A program made the translations under genes and the position numbers. The notes under the pieces are model-generated. The model was not told where the DNA came from, made no database searches, and was given only the letters and a program-made list of their open reading frames with translations. Of a stretch of 64,000 nucleotides of DNA, positions 13,180 to 26,300 are shown piece after piece. The stretch is from Paramecium tetraurelia (lineage: Eukaryota), in assembly GCA_000165425.1 (NCBI GenBank), contig CT868032.1:62001-126000 (forward strand). The letters run 5' to 3'. How positions within the stretch are numbered: the stretch's first letter is position 1; every line of letters starts with the position of its first letter.

Positions 13180-16100
13180 TCATTTTGCTCTTTTACCAAA
13201 TTTAAGAAATATCAAGATAAGCAAGAAATTGTTTAAAATCATTGCAGATTTAATTGTTAAATATTTCTATCCTAACTGGTTTTCTAATGAAATTTCTAAA
13301 GTAAGGGTTGATACTTCATTGGAGAGTATTAAATTTGCGTTTTCTGTACATTAGCCTAAACACTCCACTTTTAATTAATTTAGAGTCAAAAAATATAATC
13401 TTTTTTTCATATGGCTATATATGACATAATGAGAAGCATTAAATTTCTCTATTCGTTAATAATCAAATGATTATAATCTTTAAATACTGTCCAAATAATC
13501 CTTATTTTTCATATCTCCTCTTATATCGTAAACACTGACAATTTCCTTACCATCTAGTTAATATGATGCCACTACGAAGTACTCATCTGCATAAAGCATT
13601 TTTAACATTTCTGCATTTTTTTCATATCTCAAAAATAGATACGACTTTATTCTCATGTGATCATATTAGACGGTATTGAAGGAGATTTCAAGCAGTAAAC
13701 TGAAATTAGTACACTAAAACATAAGAAATTGCAACACATAGGTGAATCCATCTTTGGCAACAGAAATAATCTCAATTTTTTTCATGTTTAATTGAAAATA
13801 GTAGATTTCTATTTAGTTAAATATATTGGATAAACTAATTTCATGTGCTTAAATTATATCAGCATAGCAAAACTAATCTTAATAAATTTTTTTATCGTTA
13901 ACAGCAAAAATTTTAATATTGATTTTCAGATCCTCAAAAAAAATACATATATATGTACTATTAGATAAATAGGTGCAATCAGCAAAATACATAATTATGT
14001 ATGATGATTGAGATGAATTCATTAAAATTTAACAAATATCTTTGTAGTATAATAAGGATTTGGCTCCCATTAGTTAAAAATAATAAATATGTTGGATAAT
14101 TTTAACCTTTTCCAATTATTCTACATCACTTTTAGGGAGGATGCTATATCTCTTTGTCTTCCTGATTAATACAGATTAATTTAAGTCGTCCTTAGGTTGC
14201 TCTAATTATTAGATATACAAATCAGGTCTCATAATATTATAAAACAATATTTAATATGTATGTGAATCCTCATCGAAATTGATTCTTTTTATTATTATTT
14301 CTCCTATGTCAAAAGAATTGTTTTATAGAACCTTAAGCGTTTAAATATTGATCAAATCCCCTTAAAGAAAACAAACATTGGATTCAAAATAATCACAAGG
14401 AAGGTGTTCTGATGTAATATTCATAGGTGAAGTAATTACAAAATCATCTTTTTGTTAAACATCAACCCTTATGATATTTCCTATAAATAGATCCTAATTT
14501 AAAGGTTTATTAAGAAAGCTGAGTTATTAAGCATTATTCATAGCACTAAGAATGTAGTCATTATTAAATTTTGATATTTAAATATTTATTGTATCAGATT
14601 AATTATTAACCAGAGAATTAACTAAAATTTAAATTTTTTTCCGCATAATTAAAGCATTCCTTTATTAAAATGTATATCTTATACAACACTTATCTAAAAG
14701 ATAGAGATATAACTTTCCTTAATATAAATAAACTACAGTCCTTTTAGCATTTTCATAGAATTAAAAAAATTACAGGGATTCATCTATTTCTGTAATATAT
14801 ATTAAAGCATTAATAGCTGGATTTCTCAAATTATAAATTAGTAAATACGATTTACTTTAATGCTTAGCACTTAACATTAAATATTAATTCTCGTATTTTT
14901 AAGTAGCAGTAGGCTGAAATTTGAAGTCATACTTTGGTATAATATACTATAAAACTATTTCAGTTCTCAATACACGATAGAATTCGAGTCTAATTTCATT
15001 TTCTTCTTCAATAACTAATACAAAATTATCAGATAATATTTCTATCAAAACTTTGACAATTTTCCCTTTCAGTTTATACCTCATATTAACATTTGATAAA
15101 ATAATGATCTCATCCTAACTAATTATAAATTAAGATTTCGAAGTCTTATAATTAAAGGTACAATTCAAAGATTTAGGAAAGGGATAATTTTAAAATTATT
15201 CCAACCCAACCAATCTATCCGACACAATATGTGCTAGTGAGAATCTACAACCCTCATATAAAATGCTTATGTAGACATACTATCTATTTATGTTAATTAT
15301 TCTATGTTCTTAAGGGTAACTTGTTGTTTTTATTGAAAGTGAATCATCAATTATAACTAATGAAATAAGTTTCTCGTAACAAATCAATATATTTCTTTAA
15401 TTAATGACAAGAATATTTAAGACTTGTTTGATTAATTTCATATTTTATTCACTAATAATTTAACCATTATAACAAAATACAAAGGTTAAAATATCTTCCT
15501 GTTTAAATATTACCAGCATCTTTATTTAATCATTCAATTGACCAAAGTGCATGATTTTTATATATTTAGGAAAACTAAAATTGCAGGTGTCTATAGATAT
15601 TCTCTCGTTTATTTAATAATATGTTTCATTGTCCTAAATTGCGACTAAATTGATTGGCAGAGTTTCTGATAATAATTTTTATTCCAAGCAGATGTCTAAC
15701 ATGTCATCATTCAAATAAACCATCTATTCATATTATTTCGATATTAATTTAGATTCATTTTCCTTCACAATTTCTATTTCACCTTATTCTAAATAAAATG
15801 AATTATAATAAGGATTGCTTGCAAGGATTAAGTATAGAATTTTTTAGGATAAGTAAAATTAATTATAATTTCTTGGTGATTGAATTTAAAAGAGTTTTAA
15901 TTTAGATTAATGAACGCCAATAAAATACGATAAACCAATTAAAGGAAGCATTTCTGGCAAAGTTATATTTATATGGTACTGTAATTAATCATTTATTTTT
16001 GCTAATATATAATGTTCAAAAAATAAGACTAAAATCTTTTCATTTAATAATGCATTCTTATACGAACTAGCACTAATATTCAAAAGATCCTCCTTCAATC

Positions 16101-16995
16101 TCATTTACTAACTGCTATTTTCTATATCCAATACTAAACATGAAGTTGAACACAATTAAAATACCTTCAACATTGTTATATTAACAAATTTTAAAAATTA
16201 AAATAAATTGTTCCTCCTGAAATTATATTGCAGTACGAAATCTTAGAATATAAAAAATATTCTTTCTAGATCACATAACTCAATTTTCAAGATATATTCA
16301 ATTTTAAGTGTTGTAATATTGATTCCTTCAAATAAATCAAGCTTTTTGACTGATTTATACTAAAATTATTCCTCGTCAATCTCAACTTAATAAACATTAG
16401 TTGATTAACAATTTTATTCAAATATAAAAATAATTTAATGTCCATAAGCGAGATCTATATTGCAGTTTTACTCAAATTGTAATTATAATTGATCAAATAC
16501 TTTTCCCTCCAAATTGAAAATTGATATTATTGATGAATCATTAAGCTTGCAAATAGTTATAAATAATTATTTTTTTACCTGAATTAGTTAGCTGCATGAT
16601 TAGTAGGGCAATGTTATATTACAGAAGTGAGGATGAATAACCAATTATTGATTCAACAAATAGTTCTTAATTACATATAAACAATATAAATGTTAATTAT
16701 CCATTGTCATAATCATATTATCCTCTTCCTCATTTAGTTACTAAAAATAAAACAATTTCATTTATTCTGTAAGATTTATGGAGTGTTGATTTTCTATTTA
16801 AACTTCACGAATTAATTCGATTTCAAACCTGCTTTAATTTGACTCTAAAAATTTTTGTTCAAATGGAACATAATACCTGTTATTAGTTGCAAATTTTGTT
16901 TCTCCTGGAAATAAATAATCCTTTTATTGTTAAGCGTTAGAAAACAGCAGGAGAATATTGAAAGGAAAAACACTAAAAAATAAATAAATATTCAT
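13180..16995 (-). CDS. Large (~1270 aa) signal-peptide protein with C-terminal hydrophobic anchor, unknown function
   Basis: MNIYLFFSVFPFNILLLFSNA signal peptide; C-terminal MILNNFLLILIFLKFGKRAK-TGA; length divisible by 3; interior not fully checked. Confidence 0.65.
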
Positions 16996-17456
16996 TAAGA
17001 GTTTTATTAATTAATTGTCAAATAATTATAAAAAGTGCCAGGATTGAAGAGACATAATAATTGATATATAAAGAACTCTCCTAATGTATTTTGTTTTAAT
17101 TATTAATTTTAAAATCTCAAAATAAGAAAAAGAGAAATGTCTGAAATTCTTGGTTAATAACAAGTTTAAATTTAGTAATCTAATTTGGTTTAATTACAAA
17201 TTTCAAATTATACAATAAAGATAATGTTGATTTAAATCAAAAGTCTATTATACAAAATAAGCGAACATCATATTAATCTATAATGCAAAAACAATTAGTT
17301 CTACTTGGAAAGATTATAAAAAAGATTTAATGTATTTCCAGATTGCAATAAGGAAATTAAACTATGCAGTAGGTTGGTATTACAAATAACTTAATTGAGC
17401 AGATGTTTTGGAAAATTATTGGTATGATACTATTATATATAATTTAAATAATTAAT

Positions 17457-18779
17457 ATGCAACAAAGTGACTCATAATAGCCACAAACAACGCAAACTAT
17501 AGATGAACAACCGAAACCGAAGGACACACGATATAAGACGAGTGTAAGGTCTTTGCCTAACTTGTAAGGATGTCACCAAGACAAAAGGAGTAGAGTTTGA
17601 AGAGTTCGATTTGAAATAAGAATTAATGCAAGGTCTAGCAGCATCAAATTATGAGAAGCCCTCTCCTATTTAAGAAGAGTCTATTCCATTTGCTTTAGCA
17701 GGATCAAATATTATAGCAAGAGCTAAAAATGGCACGGGCAAAACAGGAGCCTACATAATTCCAATTCTAGAAATGTTGGAGGTGGAAGGTCAGATCTAGA
17801 GTCTGATTTTGGTGCCTACTAGAGAATTGGCTCTCCAAGTGTCAAGTCTAGTAAAGGAGATTGGTAAGTACATGAAAGTGGAATGTATGGTGTCAACAGG
17901 AGGCACTGATTTTAAGGAGGATATCTATAGATTGAAACAAGTAGAGAGTTAAATCATTGTAGGTGGTTCATGTATTGGTTGGGACACCTGGTAGAATTCT
18001 GGATTTAGCCCAAAGGAAACTAGCTGATTTGTCTAAATTGAAGCATTTTGTTTTGGATGAGGCTGACAAACTCCTGTCAGTTGATTTCCAACCACTTATT
18101 GTTAAAATACTTCAATTTGCTCCTCCAGAAGTACAAATCATGATGTTTTCTGCAACATTCCCTGTTGATGTTAAAGGTTTCATTAATGAACATGTTCCTC
18201 AGATCCAAGAAATTAATTTGATGGAGGAATTAACATTGAAGGGTGTCACTTAATACTATCTATTTATTGATGAGAAATAGAAAGTCAATTGTTTGAATTT
18301 CATTTTCAGCAAACTTGAAATTAATTAAGCAATCATATTTTGCAACTCAGCAAGAAGAGTAGAATTGTTGACTCAAAAAATCACTGAATTTGGGTATTCG
18401 TGTTTGTATGCATATTCTTTCATTCTATTAGCTATATTCATGCAAAAATGAATTAGAAGGATAGAAATAAAGTATTCCATAGTTTTAGAAAAGCTGTAGG
18501 TAGATGTCTCGTCTCTACAGATCTCTTTACTAGAGGAATTGATATTTAATCTGTCAATGTTGTCATAAATTTCGATTTCCCCAGAACTGCTGAAACATAT
18601 TTACATCGTATAGGCAGATCAGGAAGGTAAATTATTAATTTCAATTTAGATTTGGTCATTTAGGTTTGGCTGTTAACTTTATAACTGAAACTGATAAAGA
18701 TACTTTGGTATAAATAGAGTAAGAGCTAGACACTGATATTAAACCATTTCCAAAAGAAGTTGATAAGAGTTTATATTGA
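17457..18779 (+). CDS. DHH1: DEAD-box RNA helicase DDX6/Dhh1
   Basis: [77 protein letters not shown]; four short introns. Confidence 0.95.
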
Positions 18780-19442
18780 TAAATTAATAATAAAAATTAA
18801 TTAATTCAGCCCATTCTCGTATTAATTACTAATATATTATTAAATATTAATCAAAATTCCTTATTAAAATTAAATATAAAGGATACTTTAATTTCTAAAC
18901 TTAATACCACTTCATATTATCTTCAAAAAATCATCAATACTAACTCAACATTCTTTTTCCAATTAATATCAATTCCCCTTCTAATTTTAGAACAAAAATC
19001 AAACAACTGAGAAAATTTAATGAATTTACAAATAATTTTTCAGCTTAATATGAAACATATTATTCGAACCTTATATTAAGGATTCTGTTTAAAATGGAAC
19101 CAATTTTTTGAATGAATTGGATTTCCAGTTTTTCTATTATCATTTTCTATTTATAAAATAAATATGAGTCTTTTTCACTGTTGGCAGAATAACATGGCTT
19201 TGTGCTTTTTAAACCAAAATTATACTATAACTGAGGTGTCTAAGAATCAGATAAGATTGTAAATTATAAATAGTATTGAGCTAATCGTTATGCTACTTGA
19301 AATTAATTTTTCTAATACGTTTATTCGCTTGACAAATCAATTGTTAGAGGATACAAAAGGCTTTTAAAACTTTGAAGTGTGAAGTAAAATGACTATGTAT
19401 AGGTTATGGTTTGAATAATATTAAACATATGAGACAATATTA

Positions 19443-20031
19443 TCAATTAAAATGTGAATAGACTCTTTGAACAAATGATGACAATATGGTTGTAACTTCA
19501 GGAAAAAAGTTCATCTTTTCAATTAGTTATTCCAAGTCTTCACTAGTCTATTGATCATCCTCTCTTCTACAGTTCAGATTTATGTAATCTCTAGAAAGAA
19601 TACAAAATATTCATTTACCTTCCTAATATTTAATCCCATCTGAATCGAAGGTATTTGTAATACCTGTTTTTTATAGCATTCTAAGTTCTATCAACAAAGT
19701 ATCTCGAAACAACAGAGAACCTAGGGCCGTGTTCAAGTACAAGGGATAAAATTCTTTGATCTTCATCAAAATTGAATGGTGCTTAATTGTTCAATTCAGA
19801 ATTTTTATTGTTTCTTCTTCTTCTTTTATAATGAAAATCCACTCTTTTCTTCTTTTTGATCTTTTTGGCTTGATGACTTTAGGGAACATGATTTAAATTT
19901 GCTAGTTAAGTTAATGAAGGATTGTCTTAATTTGAGAAAATAAATTAAGATGAATATTCATCCACTTGACTTAAATCCTTTTCCAGCTGTAAGAAACTGA
20001 GGAAATTTTGGTCTGCTGCACAATCTTACAT
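19443..20031 (-). CDS. Single Myb/SANT-domain protein
   Basis: APFNFDEDQRILSLVLEHGPRFSVVSRYFVDRTQNAIKNRYYKYLR; basic NLS-like KKIKKKKRV..KRRRR; one short intron. Confidence 0.85.
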
Positions 20032-21049
20032 TAAAATTAATATGAAATTTAGCTTTTTACTGCTTTACGATTATATATAATTGGGATTCGATAATATCTT
20101 TTTGAATTTATTCACATTAATACGGTCTTAGTATTATTTTATTCAATATTAATTAATTGTTCAGTTGGTAAAGTTAATTCTTACTACATATTACTAAAAA
20201 CAAAACAAGTTAAATTAATCCATATATGAAGAACCAAAGACTTTACAAGCCAAATTTCTAGAATATCAATTTTATAATAAATTTAAATATTTCTTCATTT
20301 AAATTTATATGTCATTTTATTTTATTTATACTTCAATATCGAAGATTCTGCTAATAAGCACATTAAGGACATTTTCAGTAAATAATCATAAAAATATGTC
20401 TTAATTCTTAAAATTTGATATTTAACCTAAAATTTTGCCGTATTGTCTGTTATGAAAATTTAAATTATCCTATATAAACTAAATTTGATAATAAAATTGA
20501 TCTTATTTGATATTAATTAAGTTTTCATGGTATTTATTCATTAAAATATACTAAAAGTTTTCTTATAATATCTATAATATGTTATATAATCAAGTATATA
20601 TAGCTATTAATTTTATTATTAATAAATATTTAGTAATTATCAACATTCCTTAAGAAGATAAATTGTTCTTTTGGTGAAAAGTATATTAAGAATCTAAAAT
20701 TATGATAATTAATTACTATATATATAAAGATTGACATTATTTCTATAAGTTATGATAGAGAATTGTGTTCATGAAGATTTACAAATCAATGATAGATATC
20801 AGACAATAGATATTTTAAAAGTAATATAATTTTAATGAATTTAATCATCTATATGTGTAGTATTATGAAAAAAAGTGCAAAAATTAACTCAGATAAAATA
20901 AATGTAAATCAATGTCTCATTTTTTATTAAGAAATTGAAACATAAAATGTTATTCTTTCTTTTAATTAGTATCTGTTTCTCATGAAAAATAACATCTATG
21001 AATCTTTAAGAAAAAAATTTTATTCTTATTCGACTATTATTTGATTACA

Positions 21050-22000
21050 ATCATAACAACAAATAAAAATCTCAAATTAAAGCTTCGTATTTGTAATGCT
21101 TCTTACAAGCATTTTCAATTTAGAATTCATGTTAATAACATTCTCCTCAGCATTAAGTATTGCTTTATCAAACTATCATTTTTTGTTTTTAAGGAACTAA
21201 AAACTATCCAGATTCCATTTTATTCTCTATATATCATTTCATTCACAATTGCAGTATTGCTAAGTAGGGATAATATACATACTTCTAAAGTGGCTTTCAT
21301 ATCACCAGGAACTAATTTAAAGGTCTTACGCTAATTAACTAAGCGAGAACAACTCCTGAAAGTCATATTAAGGAGATCCCGTTCTTTATTTTCGAAGTTC
21401 ATTCTCATATTGTAATTCTGATATAATCTTCATTTCTTCTGGCAAATATTTTATATCAAATTTTCTACAAATCTTTTTATTTCAATGTGTTTAGCACAGC
21501 CAACTAAGCTCTTCTATTTAGAAATAGATTAGAAACATAGGTCCCTGTCGATATTGATATCTTAAAAATATCAATTTACAAGGGAGGTTCAAGAACTATT
21601 TTGATATCCTCATTCCCTATCAAGATTATTCTAATCTAATCTTTTCATTTGAGACATTAAAAGCTCTTCATGATTCAGTTTATCAAACTAAGGTTGATTA
21701 GATCAAGGATTTGAAAGTTAAATATAAATCTGAGACTAAATTAGTTATATACATAATGAGTTGTTTATTTGTTATTGTTGCACTTCATTGTATTTCTTCT
21801 AAAACAATCATTTTTTTCAACTAATTGGTAGATCTCTTATAAGCTAAATAGGGATATCCATAATTGAAAATTTGCTTAAAGAATGAAAAAGGTAAAATTA
21901 TTCTATCAATATATAGAGTTTTATCCCTTTGAAGTACTTATCTATTTCATACTATTCAATAATCATATTGATTATATGGTTGGAAAGATATTTTGAAATC
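21050..22000 (-). pseudogene. Probable degraded gene of unknown family
   Basis: Coding-like stretches (KERDLLNMTFRSCSRLVNQRKTFKLVPGDMKATLE; FDKAILNAEENVINMNSKLKMLV) with an intron-like GTATG..TAG, but interrupted by in-frame TGAs; boundaries approximate. Confidence 0.35.
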
Positions 22001-22122
22001 TGATAATAAGAAACATAAGCAAATAAAGTTTAATGAGATATAATTTAGGAATATTGTGAATCAATAGTGAATCTAAGCTTTAGTATTTTATTTATAATAC
22101 ACATAATCTCAATATTAAAACT

Positions 22123-23082
22123 ATGTTTTAACAAAACTAAGTTATTTATCAATAAATCCTTAGTAACAAAATCCAGTATAACAACATCGGGATTACAATG
22201 TTCCTCCCCCAGGTATTATGATGGTTGATTGAATTCTAATTTTATAAAGCTCCGAGGTATCTTAGAGAAGAGCTACTTGAGAATTAAGAGCAGAATTTAG
22301 ATTTGGGTGGTTGATATTAGAATTATCTTTATAATTGTGGAGAATGTTGTGGTAATTGTAAGGCAGTATGTCCCTGTAATCCATTTGTTGAATATCCTTA
22401 AATCCAAGTTGAATAGAGTTTAGTTGGAGTGTACTTGAGTTTTGGAAAGTATATAAAGATAGGTATGGAGAGTGAAATAAGGTAGTTCAACCTGGATTGA
22501 TATACATAAACCCTTGCACAGACACAATATAGAAGGTAGATTGAAAAGTGTAGATGATCGATTGTCCAAGATAATAAGTTATGACAAAGGATAATATTTT
22601 GGTTAACATTGATTCCACAGTTTACTATAGAATGGTGATACCTCGAAGATCAATCTTTACATAAATGGCTTGCATTAGGCAGTAACTCAGTTGACAATGG
22701 CAACAATATAAAGAGCATTGCAGGGTCTCATACATTGTAGGATCTCTTGGAGAAGAAAGCAAAGGTGCAACAATTAATAGAAGGTTAGCGGATTAGTATG
22801 TATGGGAATGGGGAATAGACATAGAGAATATGTCGATCAAGGATATTCAATTGAATGCCGATTTGTAGAACATTTTGTCAATGGTAGCAAAAGAGTAGAG
22901 AGCTGCTTAAGCCAAGGTGATTTCAGCATAAGGATGATGTGCAATCAGCCAAATTGATGAGGCAAGCAGTAGAGTTGTTGGATTCTATGGCAGCAATGCA
23001 AATTAAATATTTAGATACTATAACAACATTGGGATAGTAGGGATCAACCAAGGGTGTGTTGCTCCCTACGAATTCTAAATGA
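22123..23082 (+). pseudogene. Stomatin/SPFH (band 7) pseudogene
   Basis: QPGLIYINP, QQVMTKDN..VNIDSTVYYR, WGIDIENMSIKDIQL, AKEQRAAQAKVISA, AAMQIKYLDT; in-frame TGA at 22542-22544 and at least four frameshifts. Confidence 0.85.
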
Positions 23083-23377
23083 TTAATTTATATATATTGG
23101 GTGAGAATATAAAATATTATTCTATAAAAATTGTGGTCACAGAAAAACAAGTGCTTGGATGACGAAATATGTAAATTCTAGATGTCTCTTGGAAATATTG
23201 GGGATTAATAGATATGGTAGAAGAGTTAATGTTAGTAGAGGCGTAGTAGAAGAATATGCAGAATAAGGAGAATCTTGAGTATATATAATTATTATGGATT
23301 ATGGAGGTAAAGAAAAGTGTAGAAAAATTAGAGTTCAAATCGATGATATGAAATTGGATTTATCAATATTAAAATTA

Positions 23378-26300
23378 ATGAAATCATACATCTTATTGGC
23401 TATTCTCATAGGCTTAGGTGCATCATAAATTGTAGTAACATCGCAAACCCTCTGTGGCTGTCCACAATTAACAAATCAAAATGATTGTGACACATTGCCA
23501 GGGTGTCAATGGTAAGCGAATAGCAACTAATGCACACAAAGTTGCTAAGCACTTACATAAACTGAGTGCCAGGACGCCGCTTAGTATTGCCAATGGAATC
23601 CAACTACTACAACATGTTCTACATTTTTAGGCTGCGCAAACTTAATAGCTACAAACAATCAATAATGTGTCTAATAGAATCCTAGATGCGTTGGATTTAA
23701 TTATACAACTAACTTATGCTTGAATTATAATGAGATCACTTCACCATGCGCCAATTACCCATAAACACAATGCAATTTCAATTTTGGTACAGATGGAGTT
23801 TGTTATTTCACTGGCCTTGTATGTTCACCATATAATAATTGTACATAAGCTTAATAACAACAAAAATGTTTATAACTTAATGCTTTTGGAAATTTTTGTG
23901 TATGGTCTACTCTCAGAGGCTGCTAGGCTATTACAAGTTGTGGTCAATTATCAACTCAAGCCTCTTGCACAAACTATTTTTCAAGTTTTTAATCAAAAAC
24001 TTTGAATGTCTGCTATTGGTAAACAACCACTAATCCACCTTCATGTGTTCCTATTACCAATCTTAATAATTTGGATTAAACCACTTGTTTGGTGAATACA
24101 AGTTTCTTCTTCAGATGGTATGGATTATCGAACAATCCAGGTAATGGGTTTTGTGGTCCTTGCAAACAATTTTCATTAAAGAAGGTTGTAAGTACATAAT
24201 GTTCTTGTTCTCAATATGTGTTACAAAATGATTGCAATTCATAGAGTACTTTATGCCAATGGAATACATTGACCAATACTTGTTCACCAAATACCTGTGC
24301 CCAAATTAAAACTCAAAATATTTGTCTTACTGTGTCCGGTTGTTATTGGAGTATCGGTGCCAATCAATGCCAAGCTTTGACTAGTTGCAATGATCTGACA
24401 TTCAAGGTTAGCGCAGTTGGATGTGCAGCACAAAGTTTGTACTGTGCTGGTTATTAAGGAGGTTAATGTGTACAAACATCAACAGTAGCTTCTACTTGCA
24501 ATTCATAAATTACAGCATCAAGCTGTTACTAATTTATCAATAGTTAAGGTCTATGTGTTTGGAATGTCGTTAATTAAACATGTTCCCAATTGTTAAATTG
24601 TAGTTAGATAACTGATTCTGCTCTTTGTGGAAACTAATAGAATTAATGTATGTGGGATGCAACAAGTTTAACATGTCAATAATTGACTTGTGCATCATTC
24701 ACCACATCATAGACTTGTACATATGTGTAAACTGAATTTGGATCAAATACATACTAATTATGTAGATGGAACAAATCCCAAGGAATTCTAGGAGTCTGTG
24801 AAAATGCATATTCTGCATTATAGTAAACTTCAACAACTTGTGTTAGCAATACAGGAAATAACTTCAGATGGAGTACCAACAATGCATCTGCAGGAATGTG
24901 TGTGTCATGTGGTACAAATTAATTGTAATTGTAAACACCATCTTCTTGTTAATGTTCTTAATTCCACTCTAAATCAAATTGCTAAAATTCAGGGTTCTGT
25001 ACATTCAATGCCCAAACTAATATTTGTTCACCATCACCCTGCACATAATATGAAAACTAGATTACTTGTGCTGGATTAAGTACTTGTTATTGGAGTGCAA
25101 ATGGCTGTTTAGCATTCACAAATTGTTCTTCATTACCAGCAGCTGCTAATCAATTAGAATGTGTTAGTATGAATGCTTCATGCAAAGGAATCAGCAATGG
25201 TGTCTGTCAATCATTCGCCTCAACAACTTGCGCTGCTCAATATGCAGCTACCAACACTTGCGTTAATAACAGTGGTACTGATGGAATTTGTTACTTGGTC
25301 AAAGCAGACAAAACTACCACATGTGTTGGATTCTCATAATGCACTCAAGCTGCAAACAATGAAACCTTATGTCTAAGAAATCAACTGTCTTGTTCATGGA
25401 ACAGTCTAACAGAAACATGCTCTTAAGTTACCTGTTCATCATTCAAATCAGAATTAAATTGCAAATTCTATCTACCCAATCCACTCTCATCTTAAATTGT
25501 TCCATGTTTCTGGAATACAACTAATGGTACATGTGGACCAGCTTCTGATATTTTAACAGCATTGACTTAAAATAATTGTGCAACCAGTACTCATAATACT
25601 TACACTTGGGTAACAACTTCAGCTTAAACTGGTAAAGGATATTGTGTTAGATGTTAATAATAAGTCACATTACCTAAATAATGCGCCTGCTCATTCTTAA
25701 CCTAATATGATTGTTCCCAAGCTCTTGAATGTTACTGGAACAATGGAGCATGCATACAAATGGAATGTACATCGATACTTTAACAATCTGTATGTGCATC
25801 CCAAAAAGGTTGTTAATGGAATAACAATTCATGCACTGTATTTAATGGTACATGTACCAACTTGTTCGGATAGAGTTAAGCTGCATGCATGGCACAAAAT
25901 ATATATTGTGTTGGTAGCAATGGAACTAATTGCACCACCACCTATGCTAAATGTGAGGCCAATACAACCGATACATCCTGTGTTGCAAGCATCGGAAGCA
26001 ATGGAGCATGTTACTGGAACACCATATCCAAGACCTGTGTGGCTGTCAATTCATGCAATCAATTACCAGAAGCTGAATGCAATTTACAATCTAAGTCATG
26101 TTATTGGAATGGTATTACTTGTCAAAGTTTAACATGTAGCACACTCTATTCCTAATATGGTTAATGCACTTTTGTTATGAAATTATCATCCAACAGCTAT
26201 GTTTCATTTTGTTAAATGGTAGGTGATCAATGTACATAAGTACCAGATGCCTTTAGTTTAACTTAAGAATAATGCTATGCCAATACTAATAAAACAGCAA

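Noticed and set aside
19164..19382. ~72-codon plus-strand ORF (MSLFHCWQNNMALCF...)
   Set aside because: No recognisable motif; open frames of this length are common when only TGA is a stop
22542..22544. In-frame TGA as selenocysteine or readthrough in stomatin
   Set aside because: Accompanied by multiple frameshifts, so decay is the simpler explanation
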